Source: Bacteroidota bacterium
GTDB lineage: Bacteria > Bacteroidota > Bacteroidia > UKL13-3
Direction: 5' to 3'
DNA: 42,476 bases
NCBI GenBank assembly: GCA_947462865.1
Contig: CANHRW010000001.1
Coordinates: 1-42,476 of the forward strand
Shown here: positions 41,876-42,476 of the stretch, in pieces
Layout of the letters: each line of letters begins with the position of its first letter
Position numbering within the stretch: the first letter of the stretch is position 1
Position numbers and translations under genes: made by a program
The notes under the pieces: generated by a model
What the model saw: the letters and a program-made list of their open reading frames with translations, nothing else
What the model was told of the DNA's origin: nothing
Database searches by the model: none

Positions 41876-42476
41876 CTATGGTCTGGCTATACCAATGAAG
41901 TTACTGTTGTTGTTATCGATAACAATAAAGTCGTTACCATCAACAAACGCATCTCCGTTAGCATCGGTGTAGAGGTAACCTGAAGCAAAGTTCGAGTTAT
42001 CGTTATCTACATCAATAAAGTCATTACCATCAATAAATCCGTCTTGGTTAATATCACCAGAGTAGATTAAGAATACGCCATTGCCATCGTCAACCATGTT
42101 TGCTCCATAAGCTTGAGTAGCTCCTGTAGAGAAATCATAAGTATTGGTTGCACCAATGGTTACAGCTGCTGCTGACCATGTTTCAATTGAGTTTCTGTGT
42201 TTGATAGCAATGTAGTAATCGTTACCAATTGCACTACCAGGTAAATCAACTTGAACATCACCATTCACGTCTACAGTTGCAACAATTGAGTAATCTGTGT
42301 TATAGAAACCAGATAAATCTTCGTGCAATTCAACTATAATGGTATCTGCAATAGTCATTGGCATAGCGTTGTCTGCATTGAAAGGAGCAGAAGTCATTGC
42401 ACCACCACCTAAGTACAATCCTTGTAAGAATGCTTTTAAGTTTAAAGTAGCACCAGCAGCAGTTGTAGTTTGGTCG
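41876..42476 (-). CDS. C-terminal part of a secreted/surface protein with tandem dockerin/EF-hand-like calcium-binding repeats (runs off the window end)
   Basis: The reading frame is open from the window edge (...DQTTTAAGATLNLKAFLQGLYLGGGAMTS...). The track start at 42418 is an internal TTG. The protein ends in GDINQDGFIDGNDFIDVDNDNSNF... / TDANGDAFVDGNDFIVIDNNNSNFIGIARP. Confidence 0.75.
   Translation of the reverse strand, partial: DQTTTAAGATLNLKAFLQGLYLGGGAMTSAPFNADNAMPMTIADTIIVELHEDLSGFYNTDYSIVATVDVNGDVQVDLPGSAIGNDYYIAIKHRNSIETWSAAAVTIGATNTYDFSTGATQAYGANMVDDGNGVFLIYSGDINQDGFIDGNDFIDVDNDNSNFASGYLYTDANGDAFVDGNDFIVIDNNNSNFIGIARP
41879..42058 (-). repeat. Two tandem 90-nt (30-aa) repeat units encoding DxNxDGxxDGNDFIxxDNxNSNF
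   Basis: Units 41879..41968 and 41969..42058 align at the protein level with about 16 of 30 identities. They are also visibly similar at the DNA level (gttatcgataacaataaagtcgttaccatcaa vs gttatctacatcaataaagtcattaccatcaa). Confidence 0.7.

Noticed and set aside
1-42476. CRISPR arrays, IS elements or transposases, toxin-antitoxin pairs, restriction-modification or other defence systems
   Set aside because: - I found no regularly spaced direct repeats.
- I found no transposase-, integrase-, nuclease- or methylase-like ORFs.
- There are no unexplained gaps larger than about 300 nt, and every long ORF is accounted for.

Overview
This is an AT-rich, densely packed chromosomal segment that looks like Bacteroidota. 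Two large proteins end in T9SS-type C-terminal sorting domains. Exact TAnnTTTG -7 boxes sit in front of many genes. The synteny (ksgA-mgtE, tRNA-tig-clpP-clpX, relA-fur-purA) also fits.

I can support about 40 protein genes and one tRNA. Most are core housekeeping:
- rsmA, pepA and pdxA
- the yceD-rpmF-plsX-fabH-accB-accC lipid cluster
- ahcY, pdxJ and purA
- a Fur-family regulator and an RSH (p)ppGpp enzyme
- tRNA-Leu(UAG), tig, clpP and clpX
- corA, lpdA, a cyclophilin and serS
- an ECF sigma factor, PTPS-folE, hutI and fsa

I see no rRNA, CRISPR array, transposase, integrase or obvious defence island.

The non-core pockets, in order of interest:
1. 8.4-10.5 kb: a self-contained three-gene unit. 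It encodes a small membrane protein, a secreted CxxC thioredoxin-fold protein and a lipoprotein. The lipoprotein fuses a CxxCH haem-c motif to a complete PHM/DBH-type two-copper monooxygenase ligand set. This is the best candidate for an undescribed system.
2. 39.0-42.5 kb: a minus-strand surface-protein cluster. It contains a 58-aa ORF missing from the supplied track that is essentially a signal peptide plus a PEP-CTERM-like sorting tail. It also contains a 768-aa T9SS cargo of unknown function and a protein fragment with tandem dockerin-like repeats.
3. 21.2-24.4 kb: a tightly packed operon of an UMF1-type MFS transporter, an orphan LutA-like protein and an Ldh_2 dehydrogenase.
4. Two further large secreted or uncharacterised proteins: an 881-aa T9SS cargo and an 825-aa PIG-L/LmbE fusion.

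All functional calls come from motif recognition by eye, with no database search. Several ORF-track starts (TTG/GTG extensions) were trimmed to downstream ATGs.
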